This document shows positions 9,444 through 19,429 of a DNA stretch of 64,000 bases, one piece after another. Made by a program: the position numbers and the translations under genes. The notes under the pieces are model-generated. The model was given only the letters and a program-made list of their open reading frames with translations. It did no database searches and was not told where the DNA came from. Numbering within the stretch: position 1 is the first letter of the stretch; each line of letters opens with the position of its first letter. Location: assembly GCA_964645605.1 (NCBI GenBank), contig CAZYCE010000001.1, positions 64,063-128,062 of the forward strand, in the 5' to 3' direction. Source of the DNA: an uncultured Gammaproteobacteria bacterium (lineage in GTDB: Bacteria > Patescibacteriota > Microgenomatia > UBA8517).

Positions 9444-10697
9444 CTATTTTTCTCTAAAGGATAGGCCAGTAATTAATGCCAGAAGAAGCAGGTTTTGTTG
9501 TATTGTAAACCAATAGTGATCAAAAAGACTTGTTACCAAAACAAAAATCATTATTAAAATCCCCCACTTGTTTTTTGTTTTTATGCATCGAATAAATACC
9601 GACATCACCAATAAACATACCAGTGCTATCCCCAACACGCCCGACTCACTGAAAATTAGCAAGTATAAATTGTGGACCGGTTGTAAAAGCCATACTCCAT
9701 TTTCCCTTCCCGAAAAAGCTGTGCCGGTTATGATAAACGTGTTTAATCCACTCCCGGTTATCCAATTCCGGGAAAATATTCTTCCCGAAATATTTGCCAG
9801 TTCCAGCCTTTGAGAAAAACTTTGAGAAAAGCTCACCCGACTTGAAAGAAGCGGTCGGGCGAAAAGCGAAAGACCCAAACTTGCCAAGAACAGCAGTAAT
9901 AATAATAGACTAAATATTTTTTTACGATAAATATTTTTTCTAAGTAAAAAATAAAACGGCAGGCAGATTGAAAGACCGATGTGTGCCGACAAAGAAAAAG
10001 TAAACATAAAGGTTAGGAAAATGATTGTCAAACCAAAAAATTTTATCAACTTATTTTTGAGATTTAAATTAAATAGAAAATAAATTATCGAAGCTCCCAA
10101 AAAACCCGCCAAGGAGTTCGGATGAGGAAATGTTGAATAAACTCTTAGTAAATTTCTGCCGAACATGTTCACAAGTGCAATTCCCGGCGTATAAATTGAG
10201 AAAGACCTTTCTCCAATCAGGTAAAATATATTTCCCGAGGTTCTCCCATTGAAGAGCTGGAGCAGACCAACAAAACAAAAAAATAACAACGAGAAAAATA
10301 TTGTCTTTGCTACGTCTTTAACAGTAAAAACGTCTTTTCTTTCCGCAACATAATAGCCGAAGACAAGTAGTTCGAATACTTTTACCCATTTAATGGCCGA
10401 TACATAAAACGATTGAGAAAAAATCAAATTAATGAAACAAATCATCAAGAGTAAGGCCAAAAGGTATTTATGTTTACCAAAATCCTTTGCTATTTTGCGT
10501 CTTAACTTAAACGCCCACGGGATAACGAGCAGCAAAAACAAAATATCGGTTAAATAAATAGCCGGAGCCAGATAATCAATTCTTATTCCGAAAATAAAAG
10601 CAAAGCTCGGCCAAAAATGTAATGCTAGCTGTGTCGGTATAAGAAAAATAAGAAGAAAGTTTAAAATTCTTTCGAAGATTTTTAGTTTAGAGATCAC
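9444..10697 (-). CDS. O-antigen ligase (Wzy_C/WaaL-like) family membrane protein
   Basis: About 12 TM segments, RVYSTFPHPNSLAG, GSGLNTF, QPVHNLYL. Confidence 0.85.
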   Translation of the reverse strand: MISKLKIFERILNFLLIFLIPTQLALHFWPSFAFIFGIRIDYLAPAIYLTDILFLLLVIPWAFKLRRKIAKDFGKHKYLLALLLMICFINLIFSQSFYVSAIKWVKVFELLVFGYYVAERKDVFTVKDVAKTIFFSLLFFCFVGLLQLFNGRTSGNIFYLIGERSFSIYTPGIALVNMFGRNLLRVYSTFPHPNSLAGFLGASIIYFLFNLNLKNKLIKFFGLTIIFLTFMFTFSLSAHIGLSICLPFYFLLRKNIYRKKIFSLLLLLLFLASLGLSLFARPLLSSRVSFSQSFSQRLELANISGRIFSRNWITGSGLNTFIITGTAFSGRENGVWLLQPVHNLYLLIFSESGVLGIALVCLLVMSVFIRCIKTKNKWGILIMIFVLVTSLFDHYWFTIQQNLLLLALITGLSFREK

Positions 10698-11155
10698 TTC
10701 TTGGGACTGATTATTAGGTATCTATCCTCCCCTTCTCCTTCGGAGGTTGTGGTTACGTCTTTGTTGTCTGCCAAAAATAAATGAATCACTCGTCTTTGCC
10801 AAGCTTTAAGGCTGTAAAGGTTCTGGGGGCTACCCGTTTCTACTGCCCTCTGGGCGGTATTATCCGCCAAGTTTTTTAAATACTCTTCTTCCTTCTGTCT
10901 ATAATCTCCAACATTAACAATGATTTTTTCCCACTCACCGGTTTTCTGTTTAAAAAGAATCGCCAATACGTTTTGTATGCTTAGAAGTGTTTCACCTCTC
11001 TTACCAATCAATAAGCCCGTAGCATCTCCGGCATCGATATCCACCACAAAGACACCTTCGTCTTCATCATAAGAAGTATTTATTTTGACATCGGTTGTCA
11101 TTAGAGCAAACAGTTTCTCCGCGACTTCTTTGAGTATGTTTATCTTATCTTTCAT
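10694..11155 (-). CDS. jag: Jag/KhpB(EloR) KH-R3H RNA-binding protein (no Jag_N domain)
   Basis: LLIGKRGETL..IQ KH motif, RRVIH R3H motif, SEGEGEDR. Confidence 0.9.
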   Translation of the reverse strand: MKDKINILKEVAEKLFALMTTDVKINTSYDEDEGVFVVDIDAGDATGLLIGKRGETLLSIQNVLAILFKQKTGEWEKIIVNVGDYRQKEEEYLKNLADNTAQRAVETGSPQNLYSLKAWQRRVIHLFLADNKDVTTTSEGEGEDRYLIISPKK

Positions 11156-11161
11156 GGTCTG

Positions 11162-11989
11162 CTATTGTGTTTTTAAACCGAGTCTGGATTTTATCAGATT
11201 AACGCCGGGCGTCAAACTTCCCCATCCTGACATCTGAATTTGTTGCCAAACATTAACAATTGAATAAACAAGCCAGTATAGAGCCAGACCGGAGGGAAGC
11301 CGAAGACCAAATATTAAAGTCATCAAAGGCATCATATATGTCATTGATTTTTGCATGGCTACCTGTGTGTTATCGAGATCGCTTTTGGTCTTTTTGGCAA
11401 TCTTTTGTTCTTCCTTTATATACGGACTTGTTATTTTCACGGACAAAAACTGCGCAAGAGTTGCAAGAATTAGGAATAATCCGGGAAGGCCGAATGAAAT
11501 TCCGGGAATCTTGAACGTGTCCGGTTTGGTTATGTCCATGTAGAAAAATTTGGTATTCAGGCTTTGCCCGTCAGTAAACTTAAGGGGAGGGTAAAGAAGT
11601 TGATTCAGTTTTCCCGAAGCCATATCCTGACCCGACAGAGCGGTTGTGAAAACCTGAAAAAGGGCAATTATAACAATAAATTGTAAAATATAGGGAAGGC
11701 ATCCCGCCATTGGATTAATTTTGTTTTGCTTGTAAAGCTCGGCCTGCGCTTGAGACATTTTCAGTTTGTCGCTTCCGAATTTTTTTCTCAGTTTGGCAAG
11801 CTGCGGTTCCATTTCACGAATCTTTTTCATTGACTTTAAATATGGTTGTGTCAAAGGTCTCAAAATAAAAATTAGGAAAATGCTAAAAAGGATAATCGCA
11901 ACTCCCAAATTTTGCCCAAGATATTTATAAAATAAGATAAGACCGTTGGTTAACGGCTGGACTAAAATTGTTGTAAATATGTTTCCCAT
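11162..11989 (-). CDS. yidC: Membrane protein insertase YidC
   Basis: LGVAII...LRPL, ELYKQNKINPMAGCLP..LQF, LPSGLALYW. Confidence 0.95.
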   Translation of the reverse strand: MGNIFTTILVQPLTNGLILFYKYLGQNLGVAIILFSIFLIFILRPLTQPYLKSMKKIREMEPQLAKLRKKFGSDKLKMSQAQAELYKQNKINPMAGCLPYILQFIVIIALFQVFTTALSGQDMASGKLNQLLYPPLKFTDGQSLNTKFFYMDITKPDTFKIPGISFGLPGLFLILATLAQFLSVKITSPYIKEEQKIAKKTKSDLDNTQVAMQKSMTYMMPLMTLIFGLRLPSGLALYWLVYSIVNVWQQIQMSGWGSLTPGVNLIKSRLGLKTQ

Positions 11990-12042
11990 AAGTTCCCTTA
12001 ATTTATCTAAAATTGTAATGCACGAGCTCTGCCTATAATATT

Positions 12043-12264
12043 TTATTTGACCGGATCAAATCCGCAACCACCCCAGGGATGGCAATTTCCTACTCTCTTG
12101 ATACCCATTTTTAAGCCTTTCGGAAATCCGTATTTCTTGAGAGCTTCTATTGTATACTCCGAACACGTTGGAGTAAAACGGCAAGCACTTCCGAATATCC
12201 CGGCAAGGGGGACGGAAAAATAATTTTTATAAAGACTTAGGACTGAAATTAAAATGTTTTTCAT
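12043..12264 (-). CDS. yidD: Membrane protein insertion efficiency factor YidD
   Basis: CRFTPTCSEY...RVGNCHPW..G.DPV. Confidence 0.95.
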   Translation of the reverse strand: MKNILISVLSLYKNYFSVPLAGIFGSACRFTPTCSEYTIEALKKYGFPKGLKMGIKRVGNCHPWGGCGFDPVK

Positions 12265-12605
12265 TTTGTGAGGCCTGCGCTTTTAAGTGAACCTCTAACT
12301 TCTTTCATTATGTCCGCCGTGGAAACTCTGGCTATACTTGTTTTTGCCAAAAAAACAACATCGTATCCGGGAAGCAAATTTATGCTATCTATCCTGACTG
12401 CTTCACTCATGGCTCTTTTAAACCTGTTCCTGTCAACGGCATCCTTGGCTATTTTTGTGGAAACAACGAAACCGAACCTGCTTGGATTTTGATCCCCTCT
12501 ATCTATATAGGCAATTCCAAAATTGTCGGACTGAAAAACCTTTCCATTATTTTGAACATTGGAATAATCTTTTGTCCCGGTAAGTTTAAATTTTTTTGCC
12601 AGCAT
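12261..12605 (-). CDS. rnpA: Ribonuclease P protein component
   Basis: RFGFVVSTKIAKDAVDRNRFKR (RNR motif); synteny with rpmH. Confidence 0.95.
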   Translation of the reverse strand: MLAKKFKLTGTKDYSNVQNNGKVFQSDNFGIAYIDRGDQNPSRFGFVVSTKIAKDAVDRNRFKRAMSEAVRIDSINLLPGYDVVFLAKTSIARVSTADIMKEVRGSLKSAGLTK

Positions 12606-12614
12606 GTTTGAAGT

Positions 12615-12755
12615 CTAAACAGAAAGGTTCTTTCTACCCTTCATTCTCCTTCTTTTTAAAATGTTTCTACCTGACTTAGTTTTCATTCTGGACATAAAAC
12701 CATGGGTTCTGACCCTTTTTATCTTGCTTGGTTGGTAAGTTCTTTTGGTTGCCAT
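12615..12755 (-). CDS. rpmH: 50S ribosomal protein L34
   Basis: [24 protein letters not shown]...[10 protein letters not shown]. True start is ATG 12755, after extended -10 TGGTATAAT. Confidence 0.97.
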   Translation of the reverse strand: MATKRTYQPSKIKRVRTHGFMSRMKTKSGRNILKRRRMKGRKNLSV

Positions 12756-12811
12756 GAGGATTATTATACCAGAGAAATCTTTAATTGGTAACCCGAAACA
12801 CAAAATGGGGC

Positions 12812-12841
12812 TTGACGAATTGTGGATAACTCATTAAAAGT
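12812..12841 (+). promoter_or_regulatory. dnaA promoter with a perfect DnaA box in the spacer
   Basis: TTGACG (12812) ... TGTGGATAA (12821-12829, = TTATCCACA on the reverse strand) ... TAAAAG(T) at 17-bp spacing. Confidence 0.75.
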
Positions 12842-12951
12842 ACATAGTGCAGAGTATCTAGTACTTAGAAAATAAAACTTCCGTTCCTGCCTCAAATTTA
12901 TCTATGTATTGCGTACTCGGTACCAATTCCTATCCCTACGGGTAACATATT

Positions 12952-14313
12952 ATGAATAATGAACAAGTTTGGAAAGATTCTTTAGAAATTATTAAGGTCA
13001 CGGTTTCTCCGGCTATTTTTTCGACGTGGTTTTCCCAAACACACCTTGTTTCGTTAGAGGACTTTCCTGATAAATCAAGTATCGAGGTGGGTTGTCCGAC
13101 TTCGTTTGCAAAAAACACAATTGAAGCCAGGTATTTTGGGTTGGTACAGGATTCCTTGTCAAAAGTATTAGGTAAAAAATGCGATCTAACTTTCATCGTC
13201 AAATCTAATCCTAAAACAATAAAGGGTAGCCAAGTTCCGTCTTCCCCTCTTTTCTCTATCGAAAAAGACGAGAAGAGCTCGCTTGAGGTTTTACAAAAGG
13301 CGAGGATCAGGCCCAGTTTTACTTTTGAAAATTTTGCGGTTTCATCGTCTAACCAAATGGCACATGCGGCTGCAGAAGCAGTATCAAGAGATTTGGGGTC
13401 TGCATATAATCCGCTATTTATTTGGGGTGGGGTGGGGGTTGGTAAAACACATCTTATGGTTTCTGTCGGAAATTACGTATTGAAGAACAGCTCCGACAAA
13501 AAGGTGTTGTTTTGTACTGGAGAGGACTTTACCAACGATATAGTTGAGGGAATCAGAAATAAAACAACGCAGGCATTCAGAAACAAATACAGGAAACTGG
13601 ATTTACTGTTAATAGACGACATTCAATTCATTGCCGGAAAAGACACTGTCCAGGAAGAGTTTTTCCACACATTTAATGCGGTGACCTCGGTAGGGGGACA
13701 GATTATCTTGACATCGGACAGGCCTCCCTCGGAAATATCAAGACTTGAAGAGCGCCTAAGAAGCCGTTTCGAGGCGGGCTTGATTGTAGATATTGCGCCA
13801 CCGGATTTTGAGCTAAGATGTGCCATTACACAAATAAAGGCTAAGGAAAAGGGAATTGACCTAAGTTCCGAGCAAGTCCAGATGATTGCCGCAAATTCGG
13901 AGTCGGCCAGAAAAATCGAGGGGATTTTAACGAAAATTTTGACCGAAATTCATATCAAAAACATCGTAGTCACAAACGAGTTAATTGAAAGCATGTTCTC
14001 AAGAAGCTTAGAAAATATGGGCAATGTAACGAGAAGCACTCCGGATGAAGTGATCGACGCTGTTTCAAAATATTTCCAAATAGGAAAAAGGTTGCTTTTG
14101 GGAGAATCCCGTGCCAGATCAATTGCCAGACCAAGGCAGATATTAATGTATCTTCTAAGAACACATCTTGGGGAACCTCTTGAGGAAGTGGGAAGAGTAA
14201 CCGGGGGAAGAGATCATACGACTGTTATGCACGCTGTGGAAAAGATAACCCAACTAGCCACAAACGATGTGCAAATCCGTGAGGATATTTTGAAGATAAA
14301 ACAAGTCATTTGA
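12952..14313 (+). CDS. dnaA: Chromosomal replication initiator DnaA
   Basis: YNPLFIWGGVGVGKTHL, LLIDDIQF, QEEFFHTFN, GGRDHTTVMHA. Confidence 0.98.
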   Translation: MNNEQVWKDSLEIIKVTVSPAIFSTWFSQTHLVSLEDFPDKSSIEVGCPTSFAKNTIEARYFGLVQDSLSKVLGKKCDLTFIVKSNPKTIKGSQVPSSPLFSIEKDEKSSLEVLQKARIRPSFTFENFAVSSSNQMAHAAAEAVSRDLGSAYNPLFIWGGVGVGKTHLMVSVGNYVLKNSSDKKVLFCTGEDFTNDIVEGIRNKTTQAFRNKYRKLDLLLIDDIQFIAGKDTVQEEFFHTFNAVTSVGGQIILTSDRPPSEISRLEERLRSRFEAGLIVDIAPPDFELRCAITQIKAKEKGIDLSSEQVQMIAANSESARKIEGILTKILTEIHIKNIVVTNELIESMFSRSLENMGNVTRSTPDEVIDAVSKYFQIGKRLLLGESRARSIARPRQILMYLLRTHLGEPLEEVGRVTGGRDHTTVMHAVEKITQLATNDVQIREDILKIKQVI

Positions 14314-14527
14314 GGATTGTTTTTAGGTTTAGCGAATTTATCAACAACAAGATTACACTTATCCACAAAACTGTACACAAATATCTATGCGTATCATCAA
14401 CACAAACACATCCCGAAAAGTAAATTTATTTTTAAAAAGTTTTCAACTTATCAACCCTTACTACTACTAGAACTACTAGTTAATATATGATATTAACAAA
14501 GAAAGGAAAAATCACTTAAAACAATAA
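14314..14527. other. Replication origin oriC (DnaA boxes, DnaA-trios, AT-rich region)
   Basis: TTATCAACA 14338, TTATCCACA 14359, TCATCAACA 14394, tandem TTTTCAACT/TTATCAACC 14440-14456, then TTA-CTA-CTA-CTA-GAA-CTA-CTA trios 14458-14478 and an AT-rich tract. Confidence 0.9.
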
Positions 14528-15640
14528 ATGAAACTACAAATTCTTCAGGAAAATCTAGAAAAAGCGGTTAATATAACCACAAGGTTTGCAAGCACCAGAG
14601 CACAACTTCCGATACTTGGGAACATACTTATTTCGGCCAGAAAAAATAAAATTTACGTCTCCTCAACTAATTTGGAAATTTCTGCAAGTGTTCAGGTTGG
14701 GGCAAAAGTAGAAAGAGAAGGGGAAATAAGTATTCCGGCCAAGGTCATAACGGATTTGATTTCCAATCTACCCAAGGAAACAATAAATCTTGAGGCGGAA
14801 AAAGAACAGTTAAAAATTACAACAAGTGGTTTTTCTTCGATGGTTTTGGGAATGAATTCGAGTGATTTTCCCAAAGTTCCCAATTCATTATCCGAGAAAA
14901 ATACAATCACCTTTTTGAGAACAGAAATTTCGGAGAGTTTGAATAAGGTCATCTTTTCAACCTCGACAGATGAGACAAGACCTGTACTAACAGGTGTTTT
15001 ATTTATTTTATCGGGTAAATTCTTGTCTTTAGTATCTACGGATGGCTTTAGACTTTCCAGAAAGACAATCCTCTTAAAATACAATGTAAAAGAAAAGAAA
15101 TCGGTTGTTATTCCAAAGGGCGTACTGGCGGAAATCGGCAGGGGAGTTTTTGATGTGGATGAAATCCTTTTTGATCTCGATGAGTCGGAAAAACAAGTAA
15201 TTTTCGGGCTGGGGGACACTGTTTTGACGTCACGGCTTTTGGAAGGGGAGTATCCCGATTTTGAAAAAATTATTCCTAAAAGTTCATTTGTTAAAATTAC
15301 TTTAGATAAAGAAGAATTTTTGAGAGCTGTAAAGCTGGCATCTATTTTTGCGAGAGAATCCGCAAATATAGTAAAAATAAAGGTACTAAAAGATTTGATT
15401 AAGGTATCTGCGGAAAGCGGGGCAGCGGGAAGTCAGGAAACAAAAGTTGATGCTAAAGTTGAAAAAGAGGGTGGTGACGAATTCGAAATCGCCTTTAACT
15501 ATAGATTTTTGGAGGACTTCCTGCATTCGGTGGCAGGGGAGGAAATTCGAATGGAGTTTACCAACCCTACTTCGGCGGGTGTTTTTAGAGACACCGGTGA
15601 TCCCGAATATCTTCATTTAATCATGCCGGTTAAATTATAA
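14528..15640 (+). CDS. dnaN: DNA polymerase III beta clamp
   Basis: LPILGNILI, DETRPVLTGV, STDGFRLS, SRLLEGEYPDF, HLIMPVKL. Confidence 0.97.
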   Translation: MKLQILQENLEKAVNITTRFASTRAQLPILGNILISARKNKIYVSSTNLEISASVQVGAKVEREGEISIPAKVITDLISNLPKETINLEAEKEQLKITTSGFSSMVLGMNSSDFPKVPNSLSEKNTITFLRTEISESLNKVIFSTSTDETRPVLTGVLFILSGKFLSLVSTDGFRLSRKTILLKYNVKEKKSVVIPKGVLAEIGRGVFDVDEILFDLDESEKQVIFGLGDTVLTSRLLEGEYPDFEKIIPKSSFVKITLDKEEFLRAVKLASIFARESANIVKIKVLKDLIKVSAESGAAGSQETKVDAKVEKEGGDEFEIAFNYRFLEDFLHSVAGEEIRMEFTNPTSAGVFRDTGDPEYLHLIMPVKL

Positions 15641-15645
15641 AAGAA

Positions 15646-16677
15646 TTAGTTTTTAAAGGCGGGCAAATACATCAGAATATTGACAGAATTGCCGATGTTA
15701 TTAACTGAAGCGGTTCCTTCACTAAGGAAAACCGGTTGAAGGTTTGCCCCACTCTGATTGTCTAAAAGATATACAACCGAAACTTTATTAATCTTTATGT
15801 TGGAGACATCACCTATTTTTAAATCCGGTAAGTTAACGTTGTTGTTATTTAAACTTACAATTATGCTTTGAGGGACCATTTGCAGGAACTCCTCATAATT
15901 CAAAATTGGATATCTTTCAGTTGACTCCTGAAAAACGTATCCGATATTACCTTTAAAGTTAAAAGGGGTACCGTCTTTTAACATCTGTACATACAACTGT
16001 GGCTCATCGGGGTTAACAGTAAATATTGGATAAACGGAAGGGCTTTGAGAATAATTTACCTGCACGATATCAGCATTTTCTTTTGTTGTTTTTAAAAGAT
16101 TCTCGATATTATCCGAAACTTTGTAATAGGTAAAATTGATAAATTTTAAATTGGTGTTATCAAGCCCAACCTTGTTTACCAGAAATTGTGACGCTATTGC
16201 CCGGTATTCGTTTTCGGTTACTTGCTTGTTAACAGTGTTTTTAATAAGTGTGCGAATACCCTTATTCGAAGAATAAAAAATATTGTTTGTTTTTAATATA
16301 ATTGTTAATGAATAATTATCATTATTCCATATCATTATTGTTCCGCTTTGTGCATCGTTCGCCACTATTGGTTTTAATGTAAAACCCATTCTCGCAGCAA
16401 TTTCGTTTGCCATAGATTCGCTAATAACACCGGGCGATATTGGTTTTAGAAAAGGCAGGTTTGGAGGAAAGCTAAAGTCTGATTTATTAATGTGACTTTC
16501 TATTGACAAACTACCTTCTTTAAAATAGTTTGTGATATTTAAAGGTTGACGAACGCCGTTTTGGTTTTCTTCCGTGTTGTTTTTTGCTTTTTTTAACGCC
16601 AAAAATATAAACAACAAAGACGCCACAGACATTATTGCTAAAATTAATATAATTAGCTTTTTATTTATTTTAAACAT
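15646..16677 (-). CDS. Membrane-anchored extracellular hypothetical protein, last gene of the T4SS-like operon
   Basis: N-terminal TM; Asn-rich beta domain ending LQPVFLSEG (YycH/YycI-like tail); 5-nt gap to the upstream gene. Confidence 0.65.
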   Translation of the reverse strand: MFKINKKLIILILAIMSVASLLFIFLALKKAKNNTEENQNGVRQPLNITNYFKEGSLSIESHINKSDFSFPPNLPFLKPISPGVISESMANEIAARMGFTLKPIVANDAQSGTIMIWNNDNYSLTIILKTNNIFYSSNKGIRTLIKNTVNKQVTENEYRAIASQFLVNKVGLDNTNLKFINFTYYKVSDNIENLLKTTKENADIVQVNYSQSPSVYPIFTVNPDEPQLYVQMLKDGTPFNFKGNIGYVFQESTERYPILNYEEFLQMVPQSIIVSLNNNNVNLPDLKIGDVSNIKINKVSVVYLLDNQSGANLQPVFLSEGTASVNNIGNSVNILMYLPAFKN

Positions 16678-16682
16678 CTTTT

Positions 16683-19427
16683 TTACGGTATGTAACCACA
16701 GTAATTGAATTCATCTGAACAGTTTCTTTTAATATTTTTAGGTATATACGGTGGCTCCATGATTATTCCTCCTATAAATTCATAATGCAAATGAGGTCCC
16801 GTTCCTTGGGTTCCTGAAAGTCCTATTGGTTGTCCAAAGCCGATTTCTCCGTCTTTGGCGAAAACAACAGAAAGATGTGCATACCTTACGGTTACCTGTT
16901 TTCCTCCACAATCGGAAGAAACGTCAACATAATTTGGCCCGTAGGCGGCAACTCCCCTAACAACATTTGCTACGCCGGTAGAAGTTGATTGGACGTGTGT
17001 TCCTACGGGTACGGCAATATCAATAGCCTCATATCCTCGATGACTATAACCACCGTTTGGTGTCTGTGTAATCGGATAACTACCCAATATCGGCCAACCG
17101 GCAGGACACGTATCTGGGGGGTTTCCGATTTTGATTGATGTCGTTGCGGCCGTTTCCTGTTGACCACCATCGGCCGTGTTGGCGCTCACAGTGACAGTAT
17201 TTATTACAAGAGAGTCTTTATACTCACCGCCTGAATAATTTGACTCGTATGAGTAGGAGTATGGACCACTGGTTACAATTTCACCGGGAATATCTGAGGC
17301 AGACGGGGTGTTTGAAGGACATTTCTTGTTTCCCGCAGCAGAAATTATTTGACAATCATCTTTTATTGAGATGTTTGTCAAAGTGCTCTTTTTTGCATTG
17401 ACGGTAACATTATAGGAAACTTTAAGAGGGAGACTTGAATTTTGAAACGGTCCGGAAGGACTGACGTCTTTTTGTACATGTATATAAGGATTCGTGCTCG
17501 TTCCCGCGGTGGCAGTAGGTGGTACTATGTACGCTCCTGAGTTGATAATAAAAAGTATAAAAGCCACAAGAATTGGAGTAACCAATACAGTGATAAATAT
17601 AGGCATAAAGATGGGTGCGATAGCCAATTTACCCAAGGTAACAAAGAAACCTCCAATGCTTGTGCCAACAGCCCCTAAACTAACACTTCCTGCTGACACA
17701 GCAGCAGAAACTCCAAAAGCCCCAAGTCCGGCAATAATTCCCACAACAGGCCCTGCAATCAAAAAGGCTCCAAGACCTATGACGGCACCAATTATGTAGT
17801 CTGCATTCTTTTTAATCCATGGCCCCACCTTTTCCAGAATTTTTCCAAAAACTGCTCCGATAATTAATCCCGCAATTGTGCCGATAACGGGAATTATTCC
17901 AGTTCCAACCGTTGCCCCAACTTTTGCGGCCGCCGCTTGCATACCAAGTTTACTAAGTAAAGAAGACGCACCTCTAGCGATAGCGTTTCCCAGTGTGATA
18001 TTCAAACTTTTTCCTGCGACTGCTTTGGCAACGGCCCCTTCAGTTATTCCCTCCGCAACAACGGCACTCTCGGCAACAATCGCACCTTCCGTGGCAATCA
18101 TCTCGGTTGCAACCGGGGCGACAGCCTGAATGCCTACATTTATACCTAATCGCCCGGCGATATTTGTTATTAATGGGGCATAACCAGGGAAAGCTGTGGT
18201 GATAAGTTTTCCAAAAGAACTGGTACCAACATATTCAAAGTTGGTTTGTAAACCCAAAAACGGGGCTATGCTGTCAAATGCTTGAGAATTGGCAAAACCG
18301 GAGATTTTTCCAAGTGATCCAGTTGTAGTCAAAGATTTTGTTTTTGACAATGCCAACACCTTAAGCTTTGATTCGGCAATCCCCTTTACACTCTCAGTTA
18401 CCGGAGAATTAAAACCGTCGGAGATATCTCCTTCCTGGAAAGAAAAGGAATTATTCTGAAGTTGACCCAGTTTAATTGTAAAAGCTCCGTCAGATTTTTC
18501 AGTGGATAAAATATACTGCTGCTCGACCGGACCCAACACCGTGTTTGTAATATTTTCGCCGAGGGTTCTTAGGAGAACTGTTCTGTAAAGGTTGTCATTA
18601 CTTTCTGAAAACACCGTGAGCATGGATGTTGTTTTTACCAACTCTCTTTGTGCTACGGAACTTAGATCGGGTATCAGTTCAGGAGCCTTTGCGGTCGCAG
18701 CAAAAACTCCCACGGGGACAGGTTTTTGGGCCGGATTAATAAGAGCTTGGGTAGTATCTACCGCAATAATTTGGGACAAGGGTTCTAATATTTCTTTCGG
18801 AATATCCGGATTTTTCTGAGATATGAGTTGCGAAAGTTTTTGAGAAAAGAGCTGAGAATCATTCTTGGCAATATCCACTAGTTTTTGTTCGTTTTCAGAA
18901 AAAATAATATCCGGAACTTTTGTAGCGGGTACAGCATACAAGGTTTTGTCGCCAATCTCTGTCAATACATTCTTTTGGATATCTTTGGGGGCGGCTTGAA
19001 TAATTTTGGCGCGCGATTCATATATCTCCTGCTGTTTATTTATAGATTTTCTTACAGCTTCTTCAGCTTTTGTTTTTGTTTCAAGACTTTCTGTCTCACG
19101 TTTCCGTCTTTCGAGTTCCTGCAACGCGCGTGCTTCCTTGTCCGGCACGTTTGCTTCAACCGGCTTTTCCTCGTTTTCGGATTCTCCCACAAGTTTCTCT
19201 ACAGCAAGTTCTGCCTTTTTAATATTTTCAATATCTTTATCGGACTTTATGCGGATGCCGGTTAGCCTGTAAACAAAATCTATGAAATCGCTTCTGTTTT
19301 TCCAATTAAATTCTCCAGAAACATATGGCTTATCAGAAGAATATATAGCGTCTTCAGGGAAGAAATGGGCAAAGGCAAACCTTAGATAATTTACATTTTC
19401 GGAGGTCAAGCTGATCTTATTTGCCAT
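16683..19427 (-). CDS. Large membrane protein with a C-terminal M23 metallopeptidase
   Basis: SHRGYEAIDIA (HxxxD-like), RYAHLS, GTGPHLHYEF; coiled N-terminus and a long Gly/Ala-rich hydrophobic middle. Confidence 0.8.
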   Translation of the reverse strand: MANKISLTSENVNYLRFAFAHFFPEDAIYSSDKPYVSGEFNWKNRSDFIDFVYRLTGIRIKSDKDIENIKKAELAVEKLVGESENEEKPVEANVPDKEARALQELERRKRETESLETKTKAEEAVRKSINKQQEIYESRAKIIQAAPKDIQKNVLTEIGDKTLYAVPATKVPDIIFSENEQKLVDIAKNDSQLFSQKLSQLISQKNPDIPKEILEPLSQIIAVDTTQALINPAQKPVPVGVFAATAKAPELIPDLSSVAQRELVKTTSMLTVFSESNDNLYRTVLLRTLGENITNTVLGPVEQQYILSTEKSDGAFTIKLGQLQNNSFSFQEGDISDGFNSPVTESVKGIAESKLKVLALSKTKSLTTTGSLGKISGFANSQAFDSIAPFLGLQTNFEYVGTSSFGKLITTAFPGYAPLITNIAGRLGINVGIQAVAPVATEMIATEGAIVAESAVVAEGITEGAVAKAVAGKSLNITLGNAIARGASSLLSKLGMQAAAAKVGATVGTGIIPVIGTIAGLIIGAVFGKILEKVGPWIKKNADYIIGAVIGLGAFLIAGPVVGIIAGLGAFGVSAAVSAGSVSLGAVGTSIGGFFVTLGKLAIAPIFMPIFITVLVTPILVAFILFIINSGAYIVPPTATAGTSTNPYIHVQKDVSPSGPFQNSSLPLKVSYNVTVNAKKSTLTNISIKDDCQIISAAGNKKCPSNTPSASDIPGEIVTSGPYSYSYESNYSGGEYKDSLVINTVTVSANTADGGQQETAATTSIKIGNPPDTCPAGWPILGSYPITQTPNGGYSHRGYEAIDIAVPVGTHVQSTSTGVANVVRGVAAYGPNYVDVSSDCGGKQVTVRYAHLSVVFAKDGEIGFGQPIGLSGTQGTGPHLHYEFIGGIIMEPPYIPKNIKRNCSDEFNYCGYIP

Positions 19428-19429
19428 CT

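Noticed and set aside
12615-12803. Extended starts in the ORF track (rpmH 12803, 23025, 34423, 45199, 54255, 59650)
   Set aside because: Homology and promoter/SD positions support the shorter starts given in the features.
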